64,000 nucleotides of DNA, taken from contig CM075993.1 in NCBI GenBank assembly GCA_038087875.1, forward strand, positions 6,202,001-6,266,000, read 5' to 3'. Shown piece by piece: positions 62,705 to 64,000 of the stretch (positions within the stretch are counted from its first letter, which is position 1; each line of letters starts with the position of its first letter). The stretch comes from Malacoraja senta (taxonomy: Eukaryota). The translations under genes and the position numbers were made by a program. The notes below the pieces were generated by a model. It was not told the origin of the DNA, ran no database searches, and saw only the letters and a program-made list of their open reading frames with translations.

Positions 62705-63372
62705 ATAAGTTCATGGATTATAGAAGCAAAATTAGGCCATTCGGCCCATCAAGTCTACTCCGCCATTCAATCATGGCTATTCTATCTTTCCCTCTCGACC
62801 CCATTCTCCTGCCTTCTTCCCATAACCCCTGACACCCGAACTAAACAAGATTCTCTCAATCTCCGCCTTAACTTGGCCTCCACAGCCTTCTGTGGCAATG
62901 ATTTCCACAGATTCACCACCCTCTGACTAAAGAAATTCCTCCTCATCTCCTTTGTAAAGGTACGTGCCTTTATTCTGAGGTGGCCTCTGGCCCTAGACGC
63001 TCCCACTAGTGGAAACAGTCTTGCCTTATTCGGTGAAGAGTTTAGTTTTAGTTTAGTTTACAGATACAGCGCGGAAACAGGCCCTTCGGCCCACCTCGTC
63101 TGCACTGCCCAGCGATCCCCAGTGGATCCCATTAACACTACCCTATGCACACTAGGGACAATCTTACATTGATACCAAGCCAATTAACCTACAAACCTGC
63201 ACGTCTTTGGAGTGTGGGAAGAAACCGAAGATCTCGGAGAAAACCCACGCAGGTCACGGGGAGATCGTTCAAACTCCGTACAGACAGCACCGGTAATCGG
63301 GATCGAACCCGGGTCTCTGTTGCTGTAAGCGCTGTAAGGCAGCAACTCTACCGCTGCGCCACTGTGGCGCCC
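62705..63372 (-). mobile_element. CR1 3' fragment (62705-63016) and full-length V-SINE (63039-63372)
   Basis: EMRRNFFSQRVVNLWKSLP; SINE consensus with (TTTAG)n tail. Confidence 0.87.
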
Positions 63373-63396
63373 TAACGAACTTCAGTTCCTATTGAG

Positions 63397-63720
63397 TGGG
63401 AAGGAACTGCAGATGCTGATTTAAACTGAAGATAGACACAAAAAGCTGGAGTAATTCAGCGGGACAGGCAGCATCTCTGGAGAAAAAAAGATGATTGACG
63501 ATTCGGGTCGAGACCCTTCTTCTGACTGGTTAGGGATAAGGGAAACGGGAGATATAGACGGCCATGTGGAGAGATAAAGAACAAGGAATGAAAGATATGC
63601 AAAAAAGTAACAATGAGAAAGGAAACAGGCCATTGTTAGCTTGTTCGCTGGGTGAGAATGAGAAGCTGGTGTGACTCGGGTGGGGGAGGGATGGAGAGAG
63701 AGGGAATGCCGGGGCTACCA
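63397..63720 (-). mobile_element. PLE family A pLTR / 3' UTR
   Basis: Reverse complement of 39735-40058. Confidence 0.85.
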
Positions 63721-64000
63721 GTCATCCACCATGTGGATAGACTCGGATATTTTAAAATGTCCGCTGCCATCTTAGCGTCCTTTTTCCACTCCGCAGAACA
63801 GCCCCATGTTCTCCGGAGACCACATTGCACAGCGCTGTTCCATCTGCACGGCTGACTGGAGCAGTCATATCCTATGCCCCTCAAACGCCCTGAAGCACTC
63901 AGCGTGCTTAACACGTCCACGGACACAGGGCGCGCACTTCACTTGCAGGTGCGTGGAGATCGCTTTCTTCAATGGTTTCCAGAGCTGCTCGTGAGCGAAA

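Overview
This is repeat-dominated vertebrate genomic DNA, very likely from a cartilaginous fish (skate/ray-like): it is full of HE1-type V-SINEs and CR1/HER1-type LINEs. It contains two 200-N assembly gaps. I recognise no intact host protein-coding gene; the long ORFs are decayed retrotransposon ORFs or microsatellite artefacts. Contents: (1) one full-length but decayed Tx1-clade non-LTR retrotransposon (17321-22780, minus; zinc-knuckle ORF1 plus APE-RT ORF2) whose 5' end is the first 56 nt of U1 snRNA, starting exactly at U1 +1; (2) many Penelope-like element (PLE) 3' ends of two families that carry minimal hammerhead-ribozyme motifs, often as inverted pairs with 10-15 bp TSDs. One of these contains a ~35-copy minisatellite and another forms a 1.27 kb inverted duplication of neighbouring DNA; (3) about 30 SINE copies or fragments, about 15 CR1 pieces, Rex/Babar-type fragments and one L1 3' end; (4) ten PIF/Harbinger MITEs and three hAT MITEs; (5) a family of GC-rich non-coding retroelements with covarying hairpins; (6) large simple repeats; (7) a candidate CpG-island promoter near 54.2 kb. 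Family names come from recalled motifs, not database searches, and many coordinates are approximate to a few bases.
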